Assembly: GCA_964016885.1 (NCBI GenBank)
Contig: OZ024763.1
Span: 3,100,001 to 3,164,000 of the forward strand
DNA from: Eledone cirrhosa
Taxonomy: Eukaryota
Length of the DNA: 64,000 bases
Direction: 5' to 3'
Part shown: positions 24,161 through 38,067 of the stretch, piece by piece
Layout: every line of letters begins with the position of its first letter
How positions within the stretch are numbered: the first letter of the stretch is position 1
The notes under the pieces: generated by a model
The model's database searches: none
What the model was told of the DNA's origin: nothing
The model's input: only the letters and a program-made list of their open reading frames with translations
Made by a program: the position numbers and the translations under genes

Positions 24161-24754
24161 TATAGTATATTTGATAATATACTGTATGTTTATTTAAAAA
24201 CATTTTGACCATTCGCTATGAATTTTAAAGTAGTGACTACATCACATACTTAGTCTTGACAAAGGGGAGTATTCGACAGTAGTACCATTTCTCACTCAAA
24301 AAGGGTTGGCAGCCGGGCGGGCATCCGTGTCGCTGAACCGCGTCGGCTACGAGGGCACGGATGGACCGGTTAGCGATGAGGTCCTACCGCTTGAAAACGG
24401 GGCCGAGGCGTGTCCCATCGTCTTGGCTCTAGCCGTCGACCAAGAAAGGCCATTACGAGTTGCCCCGAGGTTGAGTCCGTCACCCACGGATGAGAGGCTT
24501 AAAAGTGGGTAGTTCCCCTGCAGAAGTAAGTTACATGGGATTTCTTGCCTTCGTGCGTGTTGCTACGACTTTAGCCAGCCTGAACTCTAACAGGTTGAAG
24601 AATAAGATAGACAGCCATCCGCTGGCGATCGCCAGCGGATGGCTGTTAATGGTTGTCAAGACTAAGTATGTGATGTAGTCACTACTTTAAAATTCATAGC
24701 AAATGGTCAAAATGTTTTAAAATAAACATACAGTATATTATCAAATATACTATA
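24161..24754. mobile_element. Element with 102-bp inverted repeats enclosing a 390-bp GC-rich structured core
   Basis: 24161-24262 vs 24653-24754 are reverse complements with 2 mismatches; perfect 36-bp palindrome at 24611-24646. Confidence 0.85.
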
Positions 24755-25284
24755 TTCATATATACATTGCTATTGCAGAGCACCAATAGTTATATCTCAT
24801 ATTTTTTCTGAGTCAGTTTTTTTCGTTGCTTTGGTCACTGCGGCTCGCTTATCGGTCGCTGTCTTCAATTTGCAAAGCTGTCTAAACGTAATGTTATAAC
24901 TCTAAGGTAAAATACCTTATTGAGTGCTTAGCTGCACGTCCCGATTGCATTCGCTAGCTTAGCTGCAGCCAGAGCTTCGATTATGCTGTACTTCCTTTTG
25001 TATATATATATGTATATATATATGTATATATATATATTGGGTCTTAAATATTACTGGAATTCTATAAGAATCCAGCTTCTATAACTATCGGCAAAGGCAG
25101 GAGAATGTGTCTTGATAAATGCTAACAAGTGAGAAACAGACTCTCTTCAATCACTCTCTGTTGTTTTTGCTGAGACTAAGTAAATGACATGGTCGCTACT
25201 TTAAAACTTGCTAAAAATAGCTATTGGTCTTGAAAATGTTTTTACTTAAACATACAGTATATTGCCAAATATACTATACATACA

Positions 25285-25321
<37 letters not shown>

Positions 25322-25567
25322 GGCATCCAGCCATAGAAAGTTTGCCAAACAAAGGGTTTGGAGGACCCTCAGTTGTGTCAAATACATGACAACCTCTCTT
25401 GTGCACTCGATAGAATGTCAGACCGTACATAAGCAAGACACAGAATCTGGCCTATCTGGGAGATCAGTAGCCCTGCTTCAGTACTGACTTGGTCTATGTA
25501 GACCCGTCCAAGCCTTGCTAGCATGGAAAGCTGATATTAAAACAATGATGATGATGATATATATATA

Positions 25568-25882
25568 TCGTGACACCTACACCTTACAGTGTGTGTTGTG
25601 TGCTTTTTGTCGTGACTCCTACACTACTACTCTACAGTGTGGACTGGGTCCTTTTGTCATGACACCTACACAACCACTTTACAGTGTGGACTGGGTGCTT
25701 TTGTCATGAAACCTACAAGACCACTTTACAGTGTGGGCTGGATGCTTTTTGTTGTGACACCTACACAACCACTTTACAGCGTGGACTGGGTGCTTTTGTC
25801 ATGACACCTACAAGACCACTTTACAGTGTGGGCTGAGTGCTTTTTGTTGTGACACCTACACAACCACTTTACAGTGTGGACT
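25568..25882 (-). repeat. Second array of the ~48-bp minisatellite, opposite orientation
   Basis: CACTTTACAGTGTGGACTGGGTGCTTTTTGTCATGACACCTACACAAC units. Confidence 0.9.
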
Positions 25883-25884
25883 TG

Positions 25885-26140
25885 GGTGGTGGAAGGTATG
25901 TGGGGATTTGTGAGGTAGATCTAGGAGTAGAGCACTTATCTGGTGATGGGTTGGAGGTGTAGGGACGTAGGCTTGGCGAAGTAGTTAAGAAGTTCAGTTT
26001 ATATCCATGAGATCTTGGGGTAGATTTCGAACTTTGTGAGTGAAAGAAAGTTGGTGTATGTAAACTGGTCAACCCAACATGTTGGACTGTACCAGTAATA
26101 CAAGAGGGTTGATTCTACATTTAGGTTGACATGTAGGGTA
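25885..26140 (-). pseudogene. Possible degenerate CR1/L2-type LINE C-terminus
   Basis: HVGLTSLHTPTFFHSQSSKSTPRSHGYKL resembles the GL.....FF.....TRGH.YKL motif; weak. Confidence 0.3.
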
Positions 26141-26239
26141 CATGTGACTGTGGAATACTCAGCCACAATGAATTGGTAGCCGAGTTGATTTAACAATTGG
26201 AATACACATACAGAGATCAGGTTTGTGTATGAGTGTATA

Positions 26240-27075
26240 TATAACTACCTGTGTGTGTGTGTGTATATAAACTACCTGTGTGTATATAAATTGCTGTATG
26301 TATGTGTATATATCTACATGTGTGTGTGTGTGTGTATATATAACTACCTGTGTGTATATAACTACCTGTGTATGTATGTATGTATATAACTTCCTGTGTG
26401 TGTATAACTACCTGTGTGTATATAAGTTGCTGTGTGTGTGTGTATAACTTCCTGTGTGTATATAAGTTGCTGTGTGTGTAATTAGCTCTGTGTATATGTA
26501 CCTGTGTATTTGTAACTACCTGTGGGTGTATATAAGTAGCAGTGTGTATATATATAAGTAGCAGTGTGTATATATATAAGTAGCAGTGTGTATATATATA
26601 AGTAGCAGTGTGTATATATATAAGTAGCTGTGGGTGTATATAAGTAGCTGTGGGTGTATATAAGTACCTGTGGGTGTATATTAGTAGCTGTGGGTGTATA
26701 TTAGTAGCTGTGGGTGTATATTAGTAGCTGTGGGTGTATATTAGTAGCTGTGGCTGTAATTAGTAGCTGTGGCTGTATATTAGTAGCTGTGGCTGTATAT
26801 TAGTAGCTGTGGCTGTATATTAGTAGCTGTGGCTGTATATTAGTAGCTGTGGCTGTATATTAGTAGCTGTGGCTGTATATTAGTAGCTGTGGGTGTATAT
26901 AAGTAGCTGTGGGTATATATTAGTACCTGTGGGTATATATTAGTACCTGTAGGTATATATGCACCTGTGTATGTATATAAGCACCTGTGTATGTATATAA
27001 GCACCTGTGTGTATGTATATAAGCACCTGTGTGTGTATGTGTATATATTTATAAGCACCTATGTGTGTGTACCTA
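26240..27075. repeat. ~20-bp minisatellite with a positional gradient of variants
   Basis: Core TAGTAGCTGTGG(G/C)TGTATAT, degenerating into ACCTGTGTGTATATA at both ends. Confidence 0.9.
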
Positions 27076-27358
27076 CCTCTGTATGATGATTCCTTATTCT
27101 GGGTCGTAAAGTATTGGTCAATTAGTATGTGGCCAGTATAGGGCAGTAGTATGTTGTTAGTACCAGTAACACACTGGGGTCAATTTAATTACTAACCCCC
27201 CCCCCCACCACCAAATTGCTGGCCTTGTGCCTTAATAAGAAACCATTCAAAGATTGTCAGGAAAAGTTATTTTACAGAGATTCACTCTCAAAAACTGTTA
27301 AAAAGAGTTGCCTCTTTAACTATTAACGATTTAACTGAGTAAACTTTATATAACTATA

Positions 27359-27412
<54 letters not shown>

Positions 27413-27651
27413 TATACACACCCCACTCATCTCTGTCTTTTATATATATATATATATATATATATTTTTATAACTGATATAAAGCACTCGACAAGTATTT
27501 GGAGTAGATATACAATATTAATAAATGGAAACTATATTTATAAAACCATATTTATTTCATTATACATATTTCAGGGATACCAAATTGTCACCTCACTCTC
27601 GAAAACTGTTAAAAACAGCCAGCTGTTTAACTATGCAGTATTTATCATCCA

Positions 27652-27685
<34 letters not shown>

Positions 27686-27825
27686 CACACATACACTCTC
27701 ATCTCTCTCTTTATATATATATATATATATATATACACTGTCTCATCTCTCTTTTTATATATATATATACACACACACTCTCATCTCTCTCTTTATATAT
27801 ATATATACTCTCTCATCTCTCTCTT

Positions 27826-27860
<35 letters not shown>

Positions 27861-28104
27861 TCTCATCTCTCTCTTTATATATATATTCCCCCTCGAAACT
27901 GTTAAAATCAGCCAGCTGCTTAACTACAGACTTTATCAATGTAAACTTTATATATATATATATATACACACATACACACACTCACTCTCTCTTTATATAT
28001 ATACACACACATTACCATCTCACTCTCGAAAACTGTTAAAATCAGCCAGTTGTATAACTGCACACATATCAGAGTAAACTTTATATATATATATATATAT
28101 ATAT

Positions 28105-28225
28105 AGTAATAATAATAAAGTTGAAGACTAAAATCCAAAGAGGGCTCGATAAGGATAAATATTAGTTTCAGAAGATCCCGTTAAGGGTGAAAGCAGCGAT
28201 TCCTTGCTTAAACTTTAATCTGTTA
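28105..28225 (+). mobile_element. Family C TA-embedded element with a variant hammerhead (28164-28214); related copies 40061-40140, 49831-49948, 61545-61650, 62270-62348
   Basis: AGTTT-CAGAAGA-TCCC-gttaa-GGGT-GAAA-GCA...TGC-TT-AAACT, preceded by GAAGACTAAAATCCAAAGAGGGCTCGATAAGGATA. Confidence 0.65.
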
Positions 28226-28409
28226 TATATATATATATATATAGTACCTGTATATGTCACTGTTGTAACTAATTATACTAAACTATTCCTATGGACTGAG
28301 TGCTTTTACCCTTGGATATTTCTACCAAACTTATACTACTTTTACCCTTGGATATTTCTACCAAACTTATACTACATATACACCGAATCAACACAAAAGT
28401 GCAATATCA

Positions 28410-30853
28410 TTTTTAACTCCAAAACTAACAGTACACAGCACCTAGGTACCCACCATATAATCCAGCTAGTTGTGTGGTAATCCTATACACTAAACCCTAG
28501 GATTTTAACTCCAAAACTAACAGTACACAGCACCTAGGTACCCACCATATAATCCAGCTAGTTGTGTGGTAATCCTATACACTAAACCCTAGGATTTTAA
28601 CTCCAAAACTAACAGTACACAGCACCTAGGTACCCACCATATAATCCAGCTAGTTGTGTGGTAATCCTATACACTAAACCCTAGGATTTTAACTCCAAAA
28701 CTAACAGTACACAGCACCAAGGTACCCACCATATAATCCAGCTAGTTGTGTGGTAATCCTATACACTAAACCCTAGGATTTTAACTCCAAAACTAACAGT
28801 ACACAGCACCTAGGTACCCACCATATAATCCAGCTAGTTGTGTGGTAATCCTATACACTAAACCCTAGGATTTTAACTCCAAAACTAACAGTACACAGCA
28901 CCTAGGTACCCACCATATAATCCAGCTAGTTGTGTGGTAATTCTATACACTAAACCCCAGGATTTTAACTCCAAAACTAACAGTACACTCCACCTAGGTA
29001 CCCACCTTATAATCCAGCTAGTTGTGTGGTAATCCTATACACTAAACCCTAGGATTTTAACTCCAAAACTAACAGTACACAGCACCTAGGTACCCACCAT
29101 ATAATCCAGCTAGTTGTGTGGTAATCCTATACACTAAACCCTAGGATTTTAACTCCAAAACTAACAGTACACAGCACCTAGGTACCCACCATATAATCCC
29201 ATATAATCCAGCTAGTTGTGTGGTAATCCTATACACTAAACCCTAGGATTTTAACTCCAAAACTAACAGTACACAGCACCAAGGTACCCACCATATAATC
29301 CAGCTAGTTGTGTGGTAATCCTATACACTAAACCCTAGGATTTTAACTCCAAAACTAACAGTACACAGCACCTAGGTACCCACCATATAATCCAGCTAGT
29401 TGTGTGGTAATCCTATACACTAAACCCTAGGATTTTAACTCCAAAACTAACAGTACACAGCACCTAGGTACCCACCATATAATCCAGCTAGTTGTGTGGT
29501 AATCCTATACACTAAACCCTAGGATTTTAACTCCAAAACTAACAGTACACAGCACCTAGGTACCCACCATATAATCCAGCTAGTTGTGTGGTAATCCTAT
29601 ACACTAAACCCTAGGATTTTAACTCCAAAACTAACAGTACACAGCACCTAGGTACCCACCATATAATCCAGCTAGTTGTGTGGTAATCCTATACACTAAA
29701 CCCTAGGATTTTAACTCCAAAACTAACAGTACACAGCACCAAGGTACCCACCATATAATCCAGCTAGTTGTGTGGTAATCCTATACACTAAACCCTAGGA
29801 TTTTAACTCCAAAACTAACAGTACACAGCACCTAGGTACCCACCATATAATCCAGCTAGTTGTGTGGTAATCCTATACACTAAACCCTAGGATTTTAACT
29901 CCAAAACTAACAGTACACAGCACGTAGGTACCCACCATATAATCCAGCTAGTTGTGTGGTAATTCTATACACTAAACCCCAGGATTTTAACTCCAAAACT
30001 AACAGTACACAGCACCTAGGTACCCACCATATAATCCAGCTAGTTGTGTGGTAATCCTATACACTAAACCCTAGGATTTTAACTCCAAAACTAACAGTAC
30101 ACAGCACCTAGGTACCCACCATATAATCCAGCTAGTTGTGTGGTAATCCTATACACTAAACCCTAGGATTTTAACTCCAAAACTAACAGTACACAGCACC
30201 TAGGTACCCACCATATAATCCAGCTAGTTGTGTGGTAATCCTATACACTAAACCCTAGGATTTTAACTCCAAAACTAACAGTACACAGCACCTAGGTACC
30301 CACCATATAATCCAGCTAGTTGTGTGGTAATCCTATACACTAAACCCTAGGATTTTAACTCCAAAACTAACAGTACACAGCACCTAGGTACCCACCATAT
30401 AATCCAGCTAGTTGTGTGGTAATCCTATGCACTAAACCCTAGGATTTTAACTCCAAAACTAACAGTACACAGCACCTAGGTACCCACCATATAATCCAGC
30501 TAGTTGTGTCGTAATCCTATACACTAAACCCTAGGATTTTAACTCCAAAACTAACAGTACATAGCACCTAGGTACCCACCATATAATCCAGCTAGTTGTG
30601 TGGTAATCCTATATACTAAACCCTAGGATTTTAACTCCAAAACTAACAGTACACTCCACCTAGGTACCCACCATATAATCCAGCTAGTTGTGTGGTAATC
30701 CTATGCACTAAACCCTAGGATTTTAACTCCAAAACTAACAGTACACAGCACCTAGGTACCCACCATATTATCCAGCTAGTTGTGTGGTAATCCTATACCC
30801 AATGTATTATACCATAGACACTCCTAGATCCTGGGATTTTAACTCCAAAACTA
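28410..30853. repeat. 92-bp satellite, ~26.5 highly homogeneous copies
   Basis: Period measured 28501, 28593, 28685; unit GATTTTAACTCCAAAACTAACAGTACACAGCACCTAGGTACCC...CTAAACCCTAG. Confidence 0.97.
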
Positions 30854-31151
30854 AGTCGTTCATTCATAAAGTTGGAACTCACTTATTGATTGGAAACTGA
30901 AGAAAACTTGGAAGTTCCATCACACCTTCCTCTCTTTCTCTCCTCTCCCTCTCTTTCTCTTCCCTCCTTCTCTTACTCTTCTCTTACCCTCTTTCTCTCT
31001 CTCCCTCTCTGTCTCTTCCCTACCTCTCTTTCTCCCTCTCTTTCTCTTCTCTCCCTCTCTTCCTCTTCTCTCTCCCTCTCTTTCTCTTTCTTCCTCTCTT
31101 CTTCTTCTCTTCATCTTTCTTCCTCTCTTTCTCTTCCTTTATTTCGCTCTT

Positions 31152-31212
<61 letters not shown>

Positions 31213-31529
31213 CTGTCTCTCTCTCTTTTCATGTGTTTACCTATCTCCCTCTCTCATTTTCGATTCTCCCTCTTTCTTTTTTCTGTACCTGGTGCAGTGT
31301 AGTGTATTGTAGTGTGGTGTGGTGTGGTGTAGTATAGTGTGGTGTGGTGTGGTGTAGTGTGATCTAGTGTAGTATAGTGTGGTGTAGTGTAGTGTGATCT
31401 AGTGTAGTGTGGTGTACTACGCTGTAGTGCACTGTGGTATATTCTAGTATGCTGTACTGTAGTATGGTATAGTGTACTATACTATGCTATGCTGCAGTGT
31501 AGTGTGGTTTACTGTACTATGATGTGAAG

Positions 31530-34500
31530 GCAGTACAATAGGGTCAGTGGCAGTATGGTGTACTGTAGTATACTATACTCTACTCTACAATAGGATCAGT
31601 GGCAGTATGGTGTACTGTAGTATACTCTACTCTACAGTACAATAGGGTCAGTGGCAGTATGGTGTACTGTAGTATACTATACTCTACAGTACAATAGGGT
31701 CAGTGGCAGTATGGTGTACTGTAGTATACTCTACTCTACAGTACAATAGGGTCAGTGGCAGTATGGTGTACTGTAGTATACTATACTCTACAGTACAATA
31801 GGGTCAGTGGCAGTATGGTGTACTGTAGTATACTCTACTCTACAGTACAATAGGGTCAGTGGCAGTATGGTGTACTGTAGTATACTATACTCTACAGTAC
31901 AATAGGGTCAGTGGCAGTATGGTGTACTGTAGTATACTCTACTCTACAGTACAATAGGGTCAGTGGCAGTATGGTGTACTGTAGTATACTCTACTCTACA
32001 GTACAATAGGGTCAGTGGCAGTATGGTGTACTGTAGTATACTCTACTCTACAGTACAATAGGGTTAGTGGCAGTATGGTGTACTGTAGTATACTATACTC
32101 TACTCTACAGTACAATAGGGTCAGTGGCAGTATGGTGTACTGTAGTATACTCTACTCTACAGTACAATAGGGTCAGTGGCAGTATGGTGTACTGTAGTAT
32201 ACTATACTCTACTCTACAGTACAATAGGGTCAGTGGCAGTATGGTGTACTGTAGTATACTATACTCTACTCTACAGTACAATAGGGTCAGTGGCAGTATG
32301 GTGTACTGTAGTATACTATACTCTACTCTACAGTACAATAGGGTCAGTGGCAGTATGGTGTACTGTAGTATACTATACTCTACAGTACAATAGGGTCAGT
32401 GGCAGTATGGTGTACTGTAGTATACTATACTCTACAGTACAATAGGGTTAGTGGCAGTATGGTGTACTGTAGTATACTCTACTCTACAGTACAATAGGGT
32501 CAGTGGTAGTATGGTGTACTGTAGTATACTCTACTCTACAGTACAATAGGGTCAGTGGCAGTATGGTGTACTGTAGTATACTCTACTCTACAGTACAATA
32601 GGGTCAGTGGCAGTATAGTGTACTGTAGTATACTCTACTCTACAGTACAATAGGGTCAGTGGCAGTATGGTGTACTGTAATATACTCTACTCTACAGTAC
32701 AATAGGGTCAGTGGCAGTATGGTGTACTGTAATATACTCTACAGTACAATAGGGTCAGTGGCAGTATGGTGTACTGTAGTATACTCTACTCTACAGTACA
32801 ATAGGGTCAGTGGCAGTATGGTGTACTGTAGTATACTCTACTCTACAGTACAATAGGGTCAGTGGCAGTATGGTGTACTGTAGTATACTCTACTCTACAG
32901 TACAATAGGGTCAGTGGCAGTATGGTGTACTGTAGTATACTCTACTCTACAGTACAATAGGGTCAGTGGCAGTATGGTGTACTGTAGTATACTATACTAT
33001 ACTCTACAGTACAATAGGGTCAGTGGCAGTATGGTGTACTGTAATATACTATACTCTACAGTACAATAGGGTCAGTGGCAGTATGGTGTACTGTAGTATA
33101 CTATACTCTACTCTACAGTACAATAAGGTCAGTGGCAGTATGGTGTACTGTAGTATACTATACTATAATCTACAGTACAATAGGGTCAGTGGCAGTATGG
33201 TGTACTGTAGTATACTATACTATACTATACTCTACTCTACAGTACAATAGGGTCAGTGGCAGTATGGTGTACTGTAGTATACTCTACTCTACAGTACAAT
33301 AGGGTCAGTGGCAGTATGGTGTACTGTAGTATACTATACTATACTATACTCTACTCTACAGTACAATAGGGTCAGTGGCAGTATGGTGTACTGTAGTATA
33401 CTATACTATACTCTACAGTACAATAGGGTCAGTGGCAGTATGGTGTACTGTAGTATACTATACTCTACTCTACAGTACAATAGGGTCAGTGGCAGTATGG
33501 TGTACTGTAGTATACTCTACTCTACAGTACAATAGGGTCAGTGGTAGTATGGTGTACTATACTATACTCTACTCTACAGTACAATAGGGTCAGTGGCAGT
33601 ATGGTGTACTGTAGTATACTCTACTCTACAGTACAATAGGGTCAGTGGCAGTATGGTGTACTGTAGTATACTATACTATACTATACTCTACTCTACAGTA
33701 CAATAGGGTCAGTGGCAGTATGGTGTACTGTAGTATACTATACTCTACTCTACAGTACAATAGGGTCAGTGGCAGTATGGTGTACTGTAGTATACTCTAC
33801 TCTACAGTACAATAGGGTCAGTGGCAGTATGGTGTACTGTAGTATACTATACTCTACAGTACAATAGGGTCAGTGGCAGTATGATGTACTGTAGTATACT
33901 CTACTCTACAGTACAATAGGGTCAGTGGCAGTATGGTGTACTGTAGTATACTCTACTCTACAGTACAATAGGGTCAGTGGCAGTATGGTGTACTGTAGTA
34001 TACTATACTCTACAGTACAATAGGGTCAGTGGCAGTATGGTGTACTGTAATATACTATACTCTACAGTACAATAGGGTCAGTGGCAGTATAGTGTACTGT
34101 AGTATACTATACTCTACAGTACAATAGGGTCAGTGGCAGTATGGTGTACTGTAGTATACTATACTCTACAGTACAATAGGGTCAGTGGTAGTATGGTGTA
34201 CTGTAGTATACTCTACTCTACAGTACAATAGGGTCAGTGGCAGTATGGTGTACTGTAATATACTATACTCTACAGTACAATAGGGTCAGTGGCAGTATAG
34301 TGTACTGTAGTATACTATACTCTACAGTACAATAGGGTCAGTGGCAGTATGGTGTACTGTAGTATACTATACTCTACAGTACAATAGGGTCAGTGGTAGT
34401 ATGGTGTACTATACTATACTCTACTCTACAGTACAATAGGGTCAGTGGCAGTATGGTGTACTGTAGTATACTCTACTCTACAGTACAATAGGGTCAGTGG

Positions 34501-34670
34501 TAGTATGGTGTACTATACTATACTCTACTCTACAGTACAATAGGGTCAGTGGCAGTATGGTGTACTGTAGTATACTATACTCTACAGTACAATAGGGTCA
34601 GTGGCAGTATAGTGTACTGTAGTATACTATACTCTATAGTACAATAGGGTCAGTGGCAGTATGGTCAGTG
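31530..34670. repeat. Variable-length (47-62 bp, steps of 5) hairpin minisatellite, roughly 58-60 units
   Basis: AATAGGGTCAGTGGCAGTATGGT-GTACTGTAG-TA(TACTA/TACTC)n-TACAGTAC; preceded by a pentamer microsatellite at 31295-31520. Confidence 0.95.
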
Positions 34671-35082
34671 GAAGAAGAAATCTGTGACAGATATTAGTGA
34701 AGAACTAGGTCAGTGGTGATTGTAGAACATAGAGAGGGGGAGAGGGGTGACGGCAGCAGTCACAGGAGGAGAGAACACACATACATACACCTTAGCTAAC
34801 ATCTTTAAACACATACATACCTTAGCTAGCATCTCTACACACATGCACCTTAGCTAACATCACTACACACATACATACCTTAGCTAGCATCTCTATATAT
34901 ACACATACATCTTAGCTAGTATCTCTCTACACATACATACCTTAGCTAGCATTTCACTATATATATATATATATATATACACACACATTTGCTTGCATCC
35001 CTCTCTCTTTCTCTCACTCTCTCTCTCTCTGTATATATATACACACAAGCACCTTTGCTTGCATCCATCTCTCTCTCTGTAC

Positions 35083-35126
<44 letters not shown>

Positions 35127-35229
35127 CTTTGCTTGCATCCATCTCTCTCTCTGTATATATATACATACAGAGAGAGAGAGAGAGAGAGAGAGATGGATGC
35201 AAGCAAAGGTGTCTGTGTCTGTGTGTCTG

Positions 35230-35274
<45 letters not shown>

Positions 35275-35304
35275 TTGCTCACATTCCACTTGCTCTTTCT
35301 CTTT

Positions 35305-35389
<85 letters not shown>

Positions 35390-35663
35390 ATTGCTCAAAT
35401 CTCTATCTATCTGTATACATACATACACACATGCACACCTTTGCTGACATCCCACCTCTCTCTCTCTATATATATATACACACACACATATATATCATGT
35501 TATCATCAATACTATACAATGTAATGAGCTGCAGTTAGCCACACATATCTCCTACAATATATACACTATATATACACTTCCTATTGGAATCCTCATTGAA
35601 ATATATTACACCCACTTTTAAATAACAGTACACACACATTACATGTGTATATATGTATGTGTG

Positions 35664-35724
<61 letters not shown>

Positions 35725-36504
35725 ATATATATGTATACACACTTATACCTCTCTAAGACTAAGACAATGTCACTGGACCGAGATCTTTGGCGCTACGCAG
35801 TAATACAGAAGACCCGCCTTGCCCAAGTACAAAGTGAAACCTACAGTTAGAGGCACTTCCTAACCAAATATACACCCCATCCCACTACCCTATCCTCCCA
35901 CCCCCATCAGCACCACCCTTTTCTCTGTAAAGTTATGTTGGTACCACAACTTCCAGTCCTAAATAAATGAGGTCGTGTAGGTGTCACGACAAAAAAACAC
36001 ACAGTCCACGCTGTAATGTGGCCGTGTAGGTAACACAGTAAAAACCTCTCAGTCCACACTGTAAACGTGGTTGGTGTTAGGAAGGGCATCCAGTCGTAGA
36101 AAACCCGCCAGACAGTCCCATACGAGCGAGACGATCAATCTTGCTTCAAACCCATGCAAGCGTGGAAGATAGACATTAAACGTTGATGATGATATATGTA
36201 TGTATATATATATATAAATATATGTATTCATGTGTATATGTATGTATATCTATTTATATATATATATATTTATATATATGTTTGTATATATGTATGTGTG
36301 TATATATATATATATATATAATTTTTATAATTCTGCGGCTCTGTTTAATTACGTTGAGCTATATCTTATACTGTCATTTCTATAATATGAAGAGAGTGTC
36401 TAACTCAAACACACTCTAGTATTTTAATTCTTATATATATATAGATATAAACATATATATAAATATATATATATATAAATAGATATACATACATATACAC
36501 ATGA

Positions 36505-36549
<45 letters not shown>

Positions 36550-36679
36550 TTTGTGTATGTATATGTGTGTGTATAATATATATTTAGAAGTGACAACAGC
36601 TTCAGAGAATCATGTAAATATACCCCTATAAAGATGATATAGAAGATCAAACTGTCCTGACTAACCCCTTTTTCCCCCT

Positions 36680-37430
36680 ATAGGGGTGTATTTACCCTAT
36701 ATATACATTTATATATATATTCCCCTATATTATCTATAGGGGTCTATTTACCCTATATATACATTTCTATATATATATTCCCCTATATTATCTATAGGGG
36801 TCTATTTACCCTATATATACATTTCTATATATATATTCCCCTATATTATCTATAGGGGTCTATTTACCCTATATATACATTTCTATATATATATTCCCCT
36901 ATATTATCTATAGGGGTCTATTTACCCTATATATACATTTCTATATATATATTCCCCTATATTATCTATAGGGGTCTATTTACCCTATATATACATTTCT
37001 ATATATATATTCCCCTATATTATCTATAAGGGTCTATTTACCCTATATATACATTTCTATATATATATTCCCCTATATTATCTATAGGGGTCTATTTACC
37101 CTATATATACATTTCTATATATATATTCCCCTATATTATCTATAGGGGTCTATTTACCCTATATATACATTTCTATATATATATTCCCCTATATTATCTA
37201 TAGGGGTCTATTTACCCTATATATACATTTCTATATATATATTCCCCTATATTATCTATAGGGGTCTATTTACCCTATATATACATTTCTATATATATAT
37301 TCCCCTATATTATCTATAGGGGTCTATTTACCCTATATATACATTTCTATATATATATTCCCCTATATTATCTATAGGGGTCTATTTACCCTATATATAC
37401 ATTTCTATATATATATTCCCCTATATTATC
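36680..37430. repeat. 58-bp minisatellite (~13 copies)
   Basis: Unit TCCCCTATATTATCTATAGGGGTCTATTTACCCTATATATACATTTCTATATATATAT with an internal CCCCTATA/TATAGGGG hairpin. Confidence 0.95.
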
Positions 37431-37594
37431 AATATGGGTATACTTACCCTACCATCATCATCATCAAAACATGGTGATGTTACATAGCATATTTATTAAT
37501 GTTATTATACTGAATCTCCATCGTAACTACAAACTACGAACGTTGAGAGCTTTCTCCTGCTTGCTCCTGTTTTTACCAAAACATTCTCTTCGGA

Positions 37595-37642
<48 letters not shown>

Positions 37643-38029
37643 CGAAGGAAATGTGGTAAGGAACCAGGTGGACCATAACGCACCAGAGTACTCAATACTT
37701 AGGGTAGTAGAGTGGTTAATAGGAGAAAGTATGACCCCGACGGCAGAGCTCAAGCCGTTTCGACGGCTATTTCTGGACTAAAGTACTAAACTTTAGTCCA
37801 GAAATAGCCGTCGAAACGGCCTTTGCTCTGCCGTCGGGGTGATACTTTCTCCTATATATACATATGTTCCCCTATATTGTCTATAGGGGTATATTTATGT
37901 TATATATGATATATATGTATTAAATCTCCAAAATGGTTGGCTGAATGTGCACGTGTGGGGGTTTTTCTCATCCTCCCCCTTCCCCTACCCACTGTCTATC
38001 TTTCTATTTCATCTTTTATTTCTAACTCT

Positions 38030-38067
38030 ATCTTTTGATGAAGGACTAATGTCCGAAACGTTAAGCT
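38030..38067 (+). ncRNA. Degenerate minimal hammerhead-like motif typical of Penelope-like LTRs
   Basis: TTGATGA-A-GGAC-taat-GTCC-GAAACGTTAAG (C3 replaced by T). Confidence 0.4.

Noticed and set aside
24893-24918. TATAACTCTAAGGTAAAATACCT, reminiscent of the 28S rDNA R2/I-PpoI target
   Set aside because: Needs several gaps and there is no flanking rDNA similarity.
28410-30853. CTAAACCCTA telomere-like motif in the 92-bp satellite
   Set aside because: A single 10-mer per unit, not tandem telomeric repeats.
31530-34670. CRISPR-like repeat/spacer appearance
   Set aside because: The variable parts are pentamer repeats, not unique spacers; eukaryotic context and no cas genes.
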